From the NCBI GenBank assembly GCA_041592135.1, contig JBFHQR010000001.1: a DNA stretch of 58,932 nucleotides. One strand, 5' to 3'. Shown here one piece after another: positions 20,297 to 28,775 of this stretch. The notes beneath the pieces were generated by a model. That model was not told the origin of the DNA. It searched no databases and worked only from the letters and a program-made list of their open reading frames with translations. Origin of the DNA: Porticoccus sp. Its GTDB lineage: Bacteria; Pseudomonadota; Gammaproteobacteria; Pseudomonadales; Porticoccaceae. Position 1 is the first letter of the stretch. Each line of letters starts with the position of its first letter. Position numbers and translations under genes: made by a program.

Positions 20297-21092
20297 CGCG
20301 CTAGACCAGCTCGCCATCCTTGCCCGGCCCGGCTTTGAACAGCGGGCCGGTTTGCTATCTGCCGAGCTGGGCATTGCGCTGTTGGATCCATCCCGGGCTG
20401 ACCAGTATGTCGGTCTGGCGCTGTCTATCGATGCACAGGGGGTGGGGCTCCAGCTGATGGGGCCGGGAGAACCGGGTCCCGTTTATTGTGATTTCGCCGG
20501 CGGGGCACTGCGTCATCGCAGGCTCTATGGTGGCGGCAAGGGGCAGGATATCGCCAAGGCCGTTGGCCTGGGTCACAAGGGCTTCAAACCCCGCTTGCTG
20601 GACTTGACCGCAGGACTAGGCCGGGACAGTTTTGTACTGGCCAGCCTGGGAGCGACAGTGGTGATGGTTGAGCGCCACCCGGTGGTGTTCGCGCTGCTGG
20701 CCGATGGGCTGGAACGAGCCCGTGAGCGGGGGCTTGCCGATCCCGACCTACGGTCCATTCTGGCGCGCTTGAGTGCTGTGCAGAACAGTGCCGAAGCGTT
20801 CCTCAGTGAGCTGGAGCCTTCACAGCAGCCGGATGTCATCTACCTGGACCCGATGTTCCCCCCTCGGGAAAAGTCCGGCAAGGTGAAAAAGGATATGCAG
20901 CTATTTCACCAATTGGTCGGCGCCAATGAGGATGCCGATCACTTACTGCCTTTGGCACTGGCCCGCGCCCGCTATCGGGTGGTGGTCAAGCGGCCGGCTC
21001 AGGCCCCATACCTCAATGGCCGGGAGCCCGGTTATTCCCTGAAGGGCAAGTCCACCCGTTTTGATGTCTATCCATTAAAAAAGCTGCCGTAA
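20274..21092 (+). CDS. rsmJ: 16S rRNA (guanine1516-N2)-methyltransferase RsmJ-like (start uncertain)
   Basis: DLTAGLGRD, DVIYLDPMFP, RVVVKRP and GKSTRFDVY. Confidence 0.85.
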   Translation: MNWFPSSNALDQLAILARPGFEQRAGLLSAELGIALLDPSRADQYVGLALSIDAQGVGLQLMGPGEPGPVYCDFAGGALRHRRLYGGGKGQDIAKAVGLGHKGFKPRLLDLTAGLGRDSFVLASLGATVVMVERHPVVFALLADGLERARERGLADPDLRSILARLSAVQNSAEAFLSELEPSQQPDVIYLDPMFPPREKSGKVKKDMQLFHQLVGANEDADHLLPLALARARYRVVVKRPAQAPYLNGREPGYSLKGKSTRFDVYPLKKLP

Positions 21093-21139
21093 ACGGCCAA
21101 AGTTGATGAACACCACAACAGGCACCGACGCGGCTGAAG

Positions 21140-21928
21140 CTAGCAGTGGATGTGGCCGCTCAGGTAGCAGATGGCGGTTCCAGAGAGCAATACCCGATTT
21201 CCGGCTAGCTCACAGGTGATAGCACCCCCGCGTCGGGAAAGCTGTCGAGCCGAAAGCTGTTGTTTTCCCAGTTGAGCTGCCCAATAGGGTGTGAGGGCGC
21301 AGTGCGCCGATCCGGTGACAGGATCTTCATCGATGCCGCTGGCAGGCGCAAAGAAGCGGCTGACGAAGTCGCATGCTGTACCGGGTGCAGTGGCGATAAT
21401 GCCGCGATAGGGCAGCTGTGCCAGCCATCTGAAATCCGGCTCCAGATCGATAATTTGTTGTTCCGAGGCAAACACCAGCATCAGGTAGCTGGCGGCAAAG
21501 GCTGCAATGGGTATTTGTCCCAGTCCCTGCTCGATATGCTCGGGGATCGCAGCCGCTGTCTGTGCCGTGGCGGGGAAATCCAGCGTCAGGCCCCGAGGGG
21601 TTTTCATCACATAGAGGGGGCCACTGCGGCTGTGAAAGCAGATGCGGTCGCCCTCAATTCCCAGCAATTCAAACAGCACATGGGCACTGGCGAGGGTGGC
21701 GTGACCGCAGAGGTCGACTTCGGTGGTCGGTGTAAACCAGCGCAGCTGATAGGTATTTTCGGTATGCTCCAGGGGGACAAAAAAAGCGGTCTCGGACAGA
21801 GTGTTCTCGGCGGCAATAGCCTGGAGCTTGTCATCCGGCAACCAGGCCTGCAGGGGGCAGACGGCTGCCGGGTTGCCGGAAAATAGCTGATCGCTGAAAG
21901 CATCAATCTGGTAAAGGGGAATGTCCAT
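21140..21928 (-). CDS. PhzF-family isomerase/epimerase-like protein
   Basis: QIDAF..GNPAAV, SETAF, LRWFTPTTEVDLCGHATLA and EDPVTGSAHC. Start at MDIPLY with AAGGA RBS. Confidence 0.88.
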   Translation of the reverse strand: MDIPLYQIDAFSDQLFSGNPAAVCPLQAWLPDDKLQAIAAENTLSETAFFVPLEHTENTYQLRWFTPTTEVDLCGHATLASAHVLFELLGIEGDRICFHSRSGPLYVMKTPRGLTLDFPATAQTAAAIPEHIEQGLGQIPIAAFAASYLMLVFASEQQIIDLEPDFRWLAQLPYRGIIATAPGTACDFVSRFFAPASGIDEDPVTGSAHCALTPYWAAQLGKQQLSARQLSRRGGAITCELAGNRVLLSGTAICYLSGHIHC

Positions 21929-21948
21929 TGAGTTCCTTATGGCGATGT

Positions 21949-23085
21949 TCAGCTTAGGAGTTTGTCCAGTATGCGCCTGTAGATGACACTGAGTTGCTCG
22001 ATGTCCGTCACACTGACGCACTCGTCCACCTTGTGGATGGTGGCATTGACCGGACCCAGCTCCACCACCTGGCAGCCGTAGGGGGCGATGAAGCGCCCAT
22101 CGGAGGTGCCGCCGGCAGTGGATAGCTCCGTTTGTTGTCCGGTGATCTCGCGGATACTGGCGACGGTGGCCTCCACCAGCGGTCCCTCGGCGGTCAGGAA
22201 TGGCTGGCCACTGAGGCTCCACTGCATCTCATAGTTCAAACCGTGCTTGTCGAGAATGGCTTTGGTTCGAGCTTTTAGTTGCTCCGCCGTGACCTCGGTA
22301 GAGAAGCGGAAATTGAACAGCACCTTCACAGCGCCCGGAATGACATTGGTGGCGCCGGTGCCGCCCTGAATGTTGGAGATCTGGAAGCTGGTGGCCGGGA
22401 AAAAGTCATTGCCGTTATCCCAGCACTCTTCAGCCAGTTCAGCCAGTACCGGGGCAATACGGTGGATGGGGTTATCTGCCAGCTGGGGATAGGCCACGTG
22501 CCCCTGTATACCCTTGACCACCAGTTCGGCACCCAGTGAACCGCGGCGACCATTTTTGATGACATCGCCCACCTGTTTTGAGCTGGAAGGCTCGCCCACC
22601 AGACACCACTCTGGGATGGCATCGCGCTCCCGCAGCCACTCCACTACCTTGATCGTGCCGTCGACGGCAATGCCTTCCTCATCACTGGTGATCAGGAAAG
22701 CGATCTGGCCATGATGGTCCGGGTGTTCGGCGACGAACTGTTCCACCGCCGTGATCATGGCCGCCAGGGAGCCTTTCATGTCGGCGGCACCGCGACCGTA
22801 GAGAATGCCGTTGTCGATGTGCGGCTCAAAGGGAGGCCGCTGCCAGTCGCCCTCCGGCCCGGTGGGCACCACATCGGTATGACCGGCAAAGCACAGGGTC
22901 GGGCCGGTTTCCCCGCGCACTGCCCAGAAGTTTTCCACCTCGCCAAAGGGCAGCCTGACGATACAAAAGCCCAGGGCCTGTAGCCGCTCGATCATCAGTT
23001 CTTGGCAGCCATCATCCGCCGGGGTGACTGAGCGGCGCCTGATCAGTTCACAGGTCAGGTCCAGCGTGGGGGAAGCAGTGGTCAT
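21949..23085 (-). CDS. dapE: Succinyl-diaminopimelate desuccinylase
   Basis: [29 protein letters not shown]-like (GIQGHVAYP), GGTSDGRF and TIHKVDE. Confidence 0.95.
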   Translation of the reverse strand: MTTASPTLDLTCELIRRRSVTPADDGCQELMIERLQALGFCIVRLPFGEVENFWAVRGETGPTLCFAGHTDVVPTGPEGDWQRPPFEPHIDNGILYGRGAADMKGSLAAMITAVEQFVAEHPDHHGQIAFLITSDEEGIAVDGTIKVVEWLRERDAIPEWCLVGEPSSSKQVGDVIKNGRRGSLGAELVVKGIQGHVAYPQLADNPIHRIAPVLAELAEECWDNGNDFFPATSFQISNIQGGTGATNVIPGAVKVLFNFRFSTEVTAEQLKARTKAILDKHGLNYEMQWSLSGQPFLTAEGPLVEATVASIREITGQQTELSTAGGTSDGRFIAPYGCQVVELGPVNATIHKVDECVSVTDIEQLSVIYRRILDKLLS

Positions 23086-23166
23086 GGATAAACGCCCTCG
23101 AAGTGAGGTCGTAAGTTTAGCGAGCTGTCGGGGGATAGGCTACCGCTACGGGCGGTCGCCGGTGGA

Positions 23167-23721
23167 TTAGGCGATGCGATACAGCGTATCGCCATCGGTG
23201 TGATCGAATTCCCGGCCATAGATATCCAGCATGGTGGACTCGGTGTATTCCATGACGTCACCTTTGACCGTAATACTGTGGCTGTAGTGGGTGGTTTTGG
23301 CATTGTTGGCCATGAAGGGGGACTGCAGGATGTTCCAGTGCGGGTCGTCCAGACTGGCGCTGACGTCAATCTGGGTGGCGCCTTCCGCTGTGGTGGTTGC
23401 CGTCCCGCCTGCCAGTACACAGACTGCGCGGGGAATGGTCAGCGACTGGATGACCTGTTGTGCGGCAGCGTCCCACATCCAGTAACCCACCTGGTCGTGG
23501 AATACCTCATGGTTGGATTTGCGGCGCACTTCCTGATGGTAGCGAACTACCCAGAGTTGCTGGGTTTCGGCATTCTTGAGGTCGCCGGCCGCCTCGCAAA
23601 TCAGGGTTTCGTAATAGGGGTTCTGCTCGATACCATCGGATTCGGGGGCGACATCCATACCGCTGTCGCCTTTCCAGGTGCCGATGATGCTGGCCAGTGG
23701 GCCGTATTCAGCGTAGTTCAT
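23167..23721 (-). CDS. Nitrobindin / FABP-like heme-binding beta-barrel protein (DUF1794-like)
   Basis: GPLASIIGTWKG, FHDQVGYW and C-terminal FDHTD with conserved His. Start at ATG 23721 with AGGAG RBS. Confidence 0.75.
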   Translation of the reverse strand: MNYAEYGPLASIIGTWKGDSGMDVAPESDGIEQNPYYETLICEAAGDLKNAETQQLWVVRYHQEVRRKSNHEVFHDQVGYWMWDAAAQQVIQSLTIPRAVCVLAGGTATTTAEGATQIDVSASLDDPHWNILQSPFMANNAKTTHYSHSITVKGDVMEYTESTMLDIYGREFDHTDGDTLYRIA

Positions 23722-23841
23722 ATGTTCTCCTGTCATCTGCCGGGTAGTGTCGATATTAGCGCCTGCGCAGCTTAACCAGAAATGGATAACTGCAATAGGG
23801 TCGATAGCCAGACGTCCAGCGGAAAAATCAGACCCAGATAC

Positions 23842-23871
23842 AAAAAAGCCCAGCCATTGGCCGGGCTTTTT
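23842..23871 (-). terminator. Rho-independent terminator downstream of dapD (possibly bidirectional)
   Basis: aaaaaagccc-agccattggcc-gggcttttt hairpin with A/T tails on both sides. Confidence 0.75.
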
Positions 23872-23889
23872 GGATGGCGGTACAGCGTC

Positions 23890-24924
23890 CTAGTTGGAGG
23901 CGTGCAGGGCTTCGTTGAGCTCAACGGCGGACTTGTTGGTCAGGCACTCCACCGCACCGGTAGTGGAGTTGCGACGGAACAGCAGGTCATCCTTGCCGGC
24001 CAGCTCCCGGGCTTTCGTCTGCCTGACCACCTGATTCCGGTCATCCAGCAGGGCCACCTTGGTGCCGGCGGTGATATACAGGCCGGCTTCCACCGTGCAG
24101 CGATCGCCGAGGGGAATGCCGAGTCCGGAGTTGGCACCCAGCAGGCACTGGTTGCCGATGGTGATGATGATGTTGCCGCCACCCGAGAGGGTGCCCATGG
24201 TAGAGCTGCCGCCGCCCAGGTCGGAACCTGACTTGACGAACACGCCTTGGGAGATGCGGCCTTCCACCATGCTGGTGCCCTCGGTGCCGGCATTAAAGTT
24301 GACGAAACCCTCGTGCATGATGGTGGTGCCCTCGCCGATGTAGGCGCCCAGGCGCACCCGGGCGGTGTCGGCGATGCGCACGCCTGCGGGCACCACGTAG
24401 TCCACCATCTTGGGGAATTTGTCGACGCTGTCCACTGACAGGGCCTTGTTGCTCAATCGTGCTTGTAGCTGTCGGGCGGGGAGTTCTTCCAGATCAATCG
24501 CGCCATCGCTGGTCCAGGCCACATTCTTCAGAACGCCAAACAGTCCCGTGAGGTTGATACTGTTGGGCTTCACCAGTCGATGCGAAAGCAGGTGCAGTTT
24601 CAGGTAGCCCTCGGGGACGGAGCCAGGAGAGTCGTCACCGGCCAGCAGTGTTAAGACAGCAGGGCGGGCACATTCTTGGAACTGAACGGCGATGGCTGCC
24701 TGTTCCGGCGCTCCTGCATGGGCAAGTGCTGCTGCAAGTTTATCCAGTTGCTCTGCGTTGAGGGCAACAGCCTGGTTGCCACCCTGATAGCCGAGAACTG
24801 ATTGTACTGCCTTGAGTACAGCATCGCTGGGTGTCAGCAACGGCTTGGGGTAGAAAACCTCCAGCCAGTCGCCGTTTTTATTCTGGGTGCCGATGCCCAG
24901 GCCAAAGCTGTAGAGTGCGGTCAT
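23890..24924 (-). CDS. dapd: Tetrahydrodipicolinate N-succinyltransferase (Pseudomonas/Mycobacterium type)
   Basis: YLKLHLLSHRL, VDKFPKMVDYVVP, RVRLGAY, GFVNFNAGT and LLFRRNS. Confidence 0.94.
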   Translation of the reverse strand: MTALYSFGLGIGTQNKNGDWLEVFYPKPLLTPSDAVLKAVQSVLGYQGGNQAVALNAEQLDKLAAALAHAGAPEQAAIAVQFQECARPAVLTLLAGDDSPGSVPEGYLKLHLLSHRLVKPNSINLTGLFGVLKNVAWTSDGAIDLEELPARQLQARLSNKALSVDSVDKFPKMVDYVVPAGVRIADTARVRLGAYIGEGTTIMHEGFVNFNAGTEGTSMVEGRISQGVFVKSGSDLGGGSSTMGTLSGGGNIIITIGNQCLLGANSGLGIPLGDRCTVEAGLYITAGTKVALLDDRNQVVRQTKARELAGKDDLLFRRNSTTGAVECLTNKSAVELNEALHASN

Positions 24925-24947
24925 GTCTCGATGTATCTCCAAAAAAA

Positions 24948-25301
24948 TTACAGATTAAAGCGTGATGCGTATAACGCCGGCTTGAAGCCGATCGTGATGT
25001 TGCCCTGCTGATCCAGCACCGGGCGCTTGATCATGGCGGGGTGTTCCAGCAACAGTGCCGCGACATTGTCGGCAGAGACTGCTTTCTGGGTCGCTGGGTC
25101 CAGCTTGCGCCAGGTGGTGCCGGCCTTGTTGAGCACTTTCCCCCAGCCGGCGGCGGCTATCCAGCGGTTGAGCAAATCCAGTTCCAGGCCGTCGCTGCGC
25201 ACGTCGTGAAAACGGTAGATTACCTGATGCTCCTCCAGCCAGCGGCGGGCTTTTTTGACGGTGTCGCAGTTCTTGATGCCGTAAAGAATGACGTCATTCA
25301 T
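24948..25301 (-). CDS. ArsC/Spx-family protein (YffB-like)
   Basis: YGIKNCDTVKKARRWL, LNKAGTTWR and PAMIKRPVL; usual dapD/dapE neighbour. Confidence 0.88.
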   Translation of the reverse strand: MNDVILYGIKNCDTVKKARRWLEEHQVIYRFHDVRSDGLELDLLNRWIAAAGWGKVLNKAGTTWRKLDPATQKAVSADNVAALLLEHPAMIKRPVLDQQGNITIGFKPALYASRFNL

Positions 25302-25415
25302 GGGTTTGTCACGTGTTTGTCACGGATTGGCGGTATCAACCAGCCAATCTCATACTCATTTATAGACAGCGGCGAAGGATAGCAAACTTGAGCCATGCAT
25401 TCACGGGAGACTGCC

Positions 25416-25937
25416 ATGAAGACGATTGCGCTGATTCGCCACGCTAAATCCAGCTGGAAAGATGCGACCATGCCCGATCTGGATCGACCCCTCAACCGCC
25501 GCGGCCGCGTGGATGCGCCGGAGATGGGGCGGCGCTTGCAGGAACAGCCGGTTTCATTGAAACGCGTCTTCTCCAGTCCGGCGGTCAGGGCCACTGAAAC
25601 GGCTGAGTGGCTGATGCCCAACCTGGGGTTGAGTGACGCCAGCCTGGAAGTGGTCCCGGCACTCTATACTTTCAATTATGAGGAGATATTGGCCTGGTTG
25701 CGCTCGCTGGACAGCGTGGCCGACAAGTTTGTGGTGATTTGTCACAACCCGGCCATGACCGATCTGGTGAATTTTCTGACGTTGTCGCAAATTGAGAAAA
25801 TTCCCACCTCCGGGCTGGTGCTGTTGCGCGTGCGTATCGGCCAGTGGCATGACCTGGGCGCCGGCATGGCGGAACTGACCTATTTCGATTTCCCGAAAAG
25901 TGTGACCGGCAAGAAGATTTCCCTGGGAATTGATTGA
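25416..25937 (+). CDS. SixA-like histidine phosphatase
   Basis: LIRHAKS, DRPLNRRG, SSPAVRA and CHNP. Start at ATG 25416 with GGGAG RBS. Confidence 0.85.
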   Translation: MKTIALIRHAKSSWKDATMPDLDRPLNRRGRVDAPEMGRRLQEQPVSLKRVFSSPAVRATETAEWLMPNLGLSDASLEVVPALYTFNYEEILAWLRSLDSVADKFVVICHNPAMTDLVNFLTLSQIEKIPTSGLVLLRVRIGQWHDLGAGMAELTYFDFPKSVTGKKISLGID

Positions 25938-25957
25938 TCACCAATAGCGGTGGAGGA

Positions 25958-26839
25958 ATGGAAACAGCCGTGGACACCTTCGCCTTCAATAGCTGGGATT
26001 TACAGGGCGAGTTCAACCGGATTATTCGCCAGCAATCATCGCTGGCACTGGATCAGTTGCAATCCGTGACGGCATCCCAGCTCGACGGTATCCACGAGGC
26101 GCGCAAGTGCTTCAAGCGCCTGCGCGCCTGCTATCGCTTGCTCAAACCCTCGGATAAGCTGACCTTTCGACAGGGCAACCAGTTTTTTCGCGATCTCTCA
26201 GGGCAGTTGTCTGGGCTGCGTGACCATCAGGTGATGGGGGCTACCCTGGCCAGGCTTTGCAAGGTGGATGCCGCTCTGGTTGTGGATCCTCTAACCGCGG
26301 AATTGGTCGGGCTGTTGTCCCGGCGGGAGCGTGAGGCAGCCGCCCAGGCCTCGCTGCAGGTGGTACCGGTGGCGGACCGGCTGAAACATTTTATTCGCCA
26401 GCAGGGCCAGGCGGGGCCGATCCCCTTTGATTTTCGGGCGCTGTCCCTCGGTATATCCACAACCTATGCTGCCGCCCGGCGCGGCTGGAAGCTGGCTCGC
26501 CGCAGCGGCGAGGATGAGGATTACCACTACTGGCGCAAACACGCCAAGTACCACTGCTATCAGATGCAGTTGGTCACATCGCTGTGTCCGCTGCCCAAAA
26601 CAGCGATGGCCGACCTGGATAGCTTGTGTGATCTGTTGGGGGAACACCATGATCTGGCGGTGCTGGCCAGCCGCTGGGTAACGCCCCGGCAGGGCAACCG
26701 GTGGTTGCTGGAAAGCCTGTCGGCGCAACAGGCCCGGTGGTCTCGCCAGACTCTCAAATTGGCCAAGGGGCTGTTCCCGAGAAGTCCCGCTGCCTATGGC
26801 CATTGGTTTGCACGGCGCTGGCGGAAAGCGGTGGGGTGA
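25958..26839 (+). CDS. CHAD domain (polyphosphate-binding) protein; start uncertain (25934-25970)
   Basis: IHEARKCFKRLRA, LSGLRD, YHYWRKHAK and LGEHHDLAVL. Confidence 0.82.
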   Translation: METAVDTFAFNSWDLQGEFNRIIRQQSSLALDQLQSVTASQLDGIHEARKCFKRLRACYRLLKPSDKLTFRQGNQFFRDLSGQLSGLRDHQVMGATLARLCKVDAALVVDPLTAELVGLLSRREREAAAQASLQVVPVADRLKHFIRQQGQAGPIPFDFRALSLGISTTYAAARRGWKLARRSGEDEDYHYWRKHAKYHCYQMQLVTSLCPLPKTAMADLDSLCDLLGEHHDLAVLASRWVTPRQGNRWLLESLSAQQARWSRQTLKLAKGLFPRSPAAYGHWFARRWRKAVG

Positions 26840-26854
26840 CCGCCGCTGAGCGGT

Positions 26855-27508
26855 TCAGGCTTTGCGGGTTTGCAGCGGGCGCTTGCGGTTGGGAAAGCAG
26901 GTTCGGCATATTTCACAGCTCAAGCCGTTGCAGCTGCGGGCCGGACAGAATTCGCGGCCGTAGTAGATGATCTGCAAGTGCAGGGCGTTCCAGCTCTGTT
27001 TGGGGAACAGTCGTTTCAGGTCCTTCTCTGTTTGCGTCACGCTGCTGCCGTTGCTCAGCCCCCAGCGCTGGGCCAGCCGGTGAATATGGGTGTCCACGGG
27101 AAAGGCGGGCTGACCAAAGGCTTGGGACATCACCACGCTGGCGGTCTTGTGGCCGACCCCGGGAAGGGTTTCCAGTGCCGCCATATCCTCCGGCACTTCG
27201 CCGCCGTACTGCTCCACCAGAATCTGCGAGAGCCTGACAATTGCCTTCGATTTTTGCGGCGCCAGGCCGCAGGGGCGAATGATGTCGTACACCTGTTCCA
27301 CGGCAACCCGGCTCATGTCCCGGGGGTTGTCCGCCAGGGCAAACAAGGTTGGTGTGACCTGGTTGACCCGCTCATCGGTACACTGGGCCGACAGCAATAC
27401 CGCCACCAGCAGGGTGTAGGCGTCCCGGTGGGCCAGTGGGATCGGCGGCTCCGGGTACAGTTCCTCGAGCCGTTGGCGAATATACTCAGCCCGTGCTTGC
27501 TTGAGCAT
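26855..27508 (-). CDS. nth: Endonuclease III
   Basis: LLSAQCTDERVN, HhH motif LPGVGHKTA, VDTHIHR and a C-terminal Cys cluster. Confidence 0.92.
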   Translation of the reverse strand: MLKQARAEYIRQRLEELYPEPPIPLAHRDAYTLLVAVLLSAQCTDERVNQVTPTLFALADNPRDMSRVAVEQVYDIIRPCGLAPQKSKAIVRLSQILVEQYGGEVPEDMAALETLPGVGHKTASVVMSQAFGQPAFPVDTHIHRLAQRWGLSNGSSVTQTEKDLKRLFPKQSWNALHLQIIYYGREFCPARSCNGLSCEICRTCFPNRKRPLQTRKA

Positions 27509-27512
27509 GGTA

Positions 27513-28727
27513 TCAGCGTGCCGCGGGGGCGGTTTTGATAAATTGACGGATGCGCAATGCCGCTTCCCGGCACTCTTCAGTCGGGGCCACCAGCGCCATG
27601 CGCACCCGGTTCTCGCCGGGATTGATGCCGTCGCAATCGCGCGCCAGGTAGCGACCGGGCAGCACGGTGATGTGCTGCCGGGCGAACAGTTCCCGGGCGA
27701 AGTCTTCGTCACTGCCCAGCTGTGCCGGACGGGTATCCGCCCAGAAATAAAAGCCCGCATCGGGCGTGCTCAGCGGCAGGATATCGCCGAGAATTTCCTG
27801 GAACACCTGGAACTTTTGCCGGTACAGTGCGCGGTTTTCCCGCACGTGCTGTTCATCGTTCCAGGCGGCAACACTGGCCAGTTGGGTGGGTACCGGCATG
27901 GCGCAGCCGTGGTAGGTGCGGTAGCGCAGAAAGGCTTTTAGCACCTGGGCATCCCCCGCCACGAAACCGGAGCGCAGTCCGGGCAGATTGGAGCGCTTGG
28001 AGAGGCTGTGAAACACCACACAGCGGCGGTAGTCGCTGCGGCCCATAGCGGCGCAGGCCTGCAGCAGTCCCGGCGGCGGGTTGGCTTCATCGGGATAGAT
28101 TTCCGAGTAACACTCGTCGCTGGCAATGATGAAATCGTAGCGGTCTGCCAGGGCGATCAGTGCCTGCAACGTCGGCAGGTCGGCAACTGCTCCGGTCGGG
28201 TTGCCGGGGCTGCACAGATAGAGCAGCTGGCAGCGCTGCCAGGTGTCTTCCGACACCGCCGCAAAGTCGGGGGCAAAGCCCGTTGCCTCGGTACAGTTGA
28301 GAAACTGCAGCTCTGCGCCGGCCAGCAGCGCTGCGCCCTCGTAGATCTGGTAGAAGGGATTGGGGCTGAGTACCAGCGGTTTTTTGTCGCGCTCGACCAC
28401 CGCCTGGGCAAAGGCAAACAGTGCCTCGCGGGTGCCATTGACCGGCAACACCTGGGTTTCAGGGTCCAGCTGTGCCAACTGGAAGCGGCGGCACAACCAG
28501 CTGGCGATGGTTTCCCGGAGTTCGGGAATCCCCTTGGTGAGGGGGTAGGCGGACAGTTTTTCCAGGGATTCCATCAGCACCTGCTTTACAAATGCCGGGG
28601 TAGGGTGCTTGGGTTCGCCAATGGACAGGGCGATGTGCTGCAGATGGGTCGGCGGCACAATGCCCGACTTCAGGGCATTGAGTTTTTCGAACGGGTAGGG
28701 ATGCAGCTTGTCGAGATCGGTGTTCAT
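27513..28727 (-). CDS. dapC: N-succinyldiaminopimelate aminotransferase
   Basis: LHPYPFEKL, PNPFYQIYEGA, SDECYSE, SLSKRSNLPGLRSG and YRTYHG; follows glnD. Confidence 0.92.
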   Translation of the reverse strand: MNTDLDKLHPYPFEKLNALKSGIVPPTHLQHIALSIGEPKHPTPAFVKQVLMESLEKLSAYPLTKGIPELRETIASWLCRRFQLAQLDPETQVLPVNGTREALFAFAQAVVERDKKPLVLSPNPFYQIYEGAALLAGAELQFLNCTEATGFAPDFAAVSEDTWQRCQLLYLCSPGNPTGAVADLPTLQALIALADRYDFIIASDECYSEIYPDEANPPPGLLQACAAMGRSDYRRCVVFHSLSKRSNLPGLRSGFVAGDAQVLKAFLRYRTYHGCAMPVPTQLASVAAWNDEQHVRENRALYRQKFQVFQEILGDILPLSTPDAGFYFWADTRPAQLGSDEDFARELFARQHITVLPGRYLARDCDGINPGENRVRMALVAPTEECREAALRIRQFIKTAPAAR

Positions 28728-28775
28728 GGCTGTCGCTATAGGGTTGTGTGGGTCAACGGCTCGCTGGCGCGGACG

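Noticed and set aside
21929-22222. N-terminal extension of the PhzF ORF, and similar extensions of ask, purC, nth, cdsA, dapA, glnD and tsf in the ORF track
   Set aside because: The extensions overlap neighbouring genes or lack an RBS. Downstream starts match the expected family N-termini.
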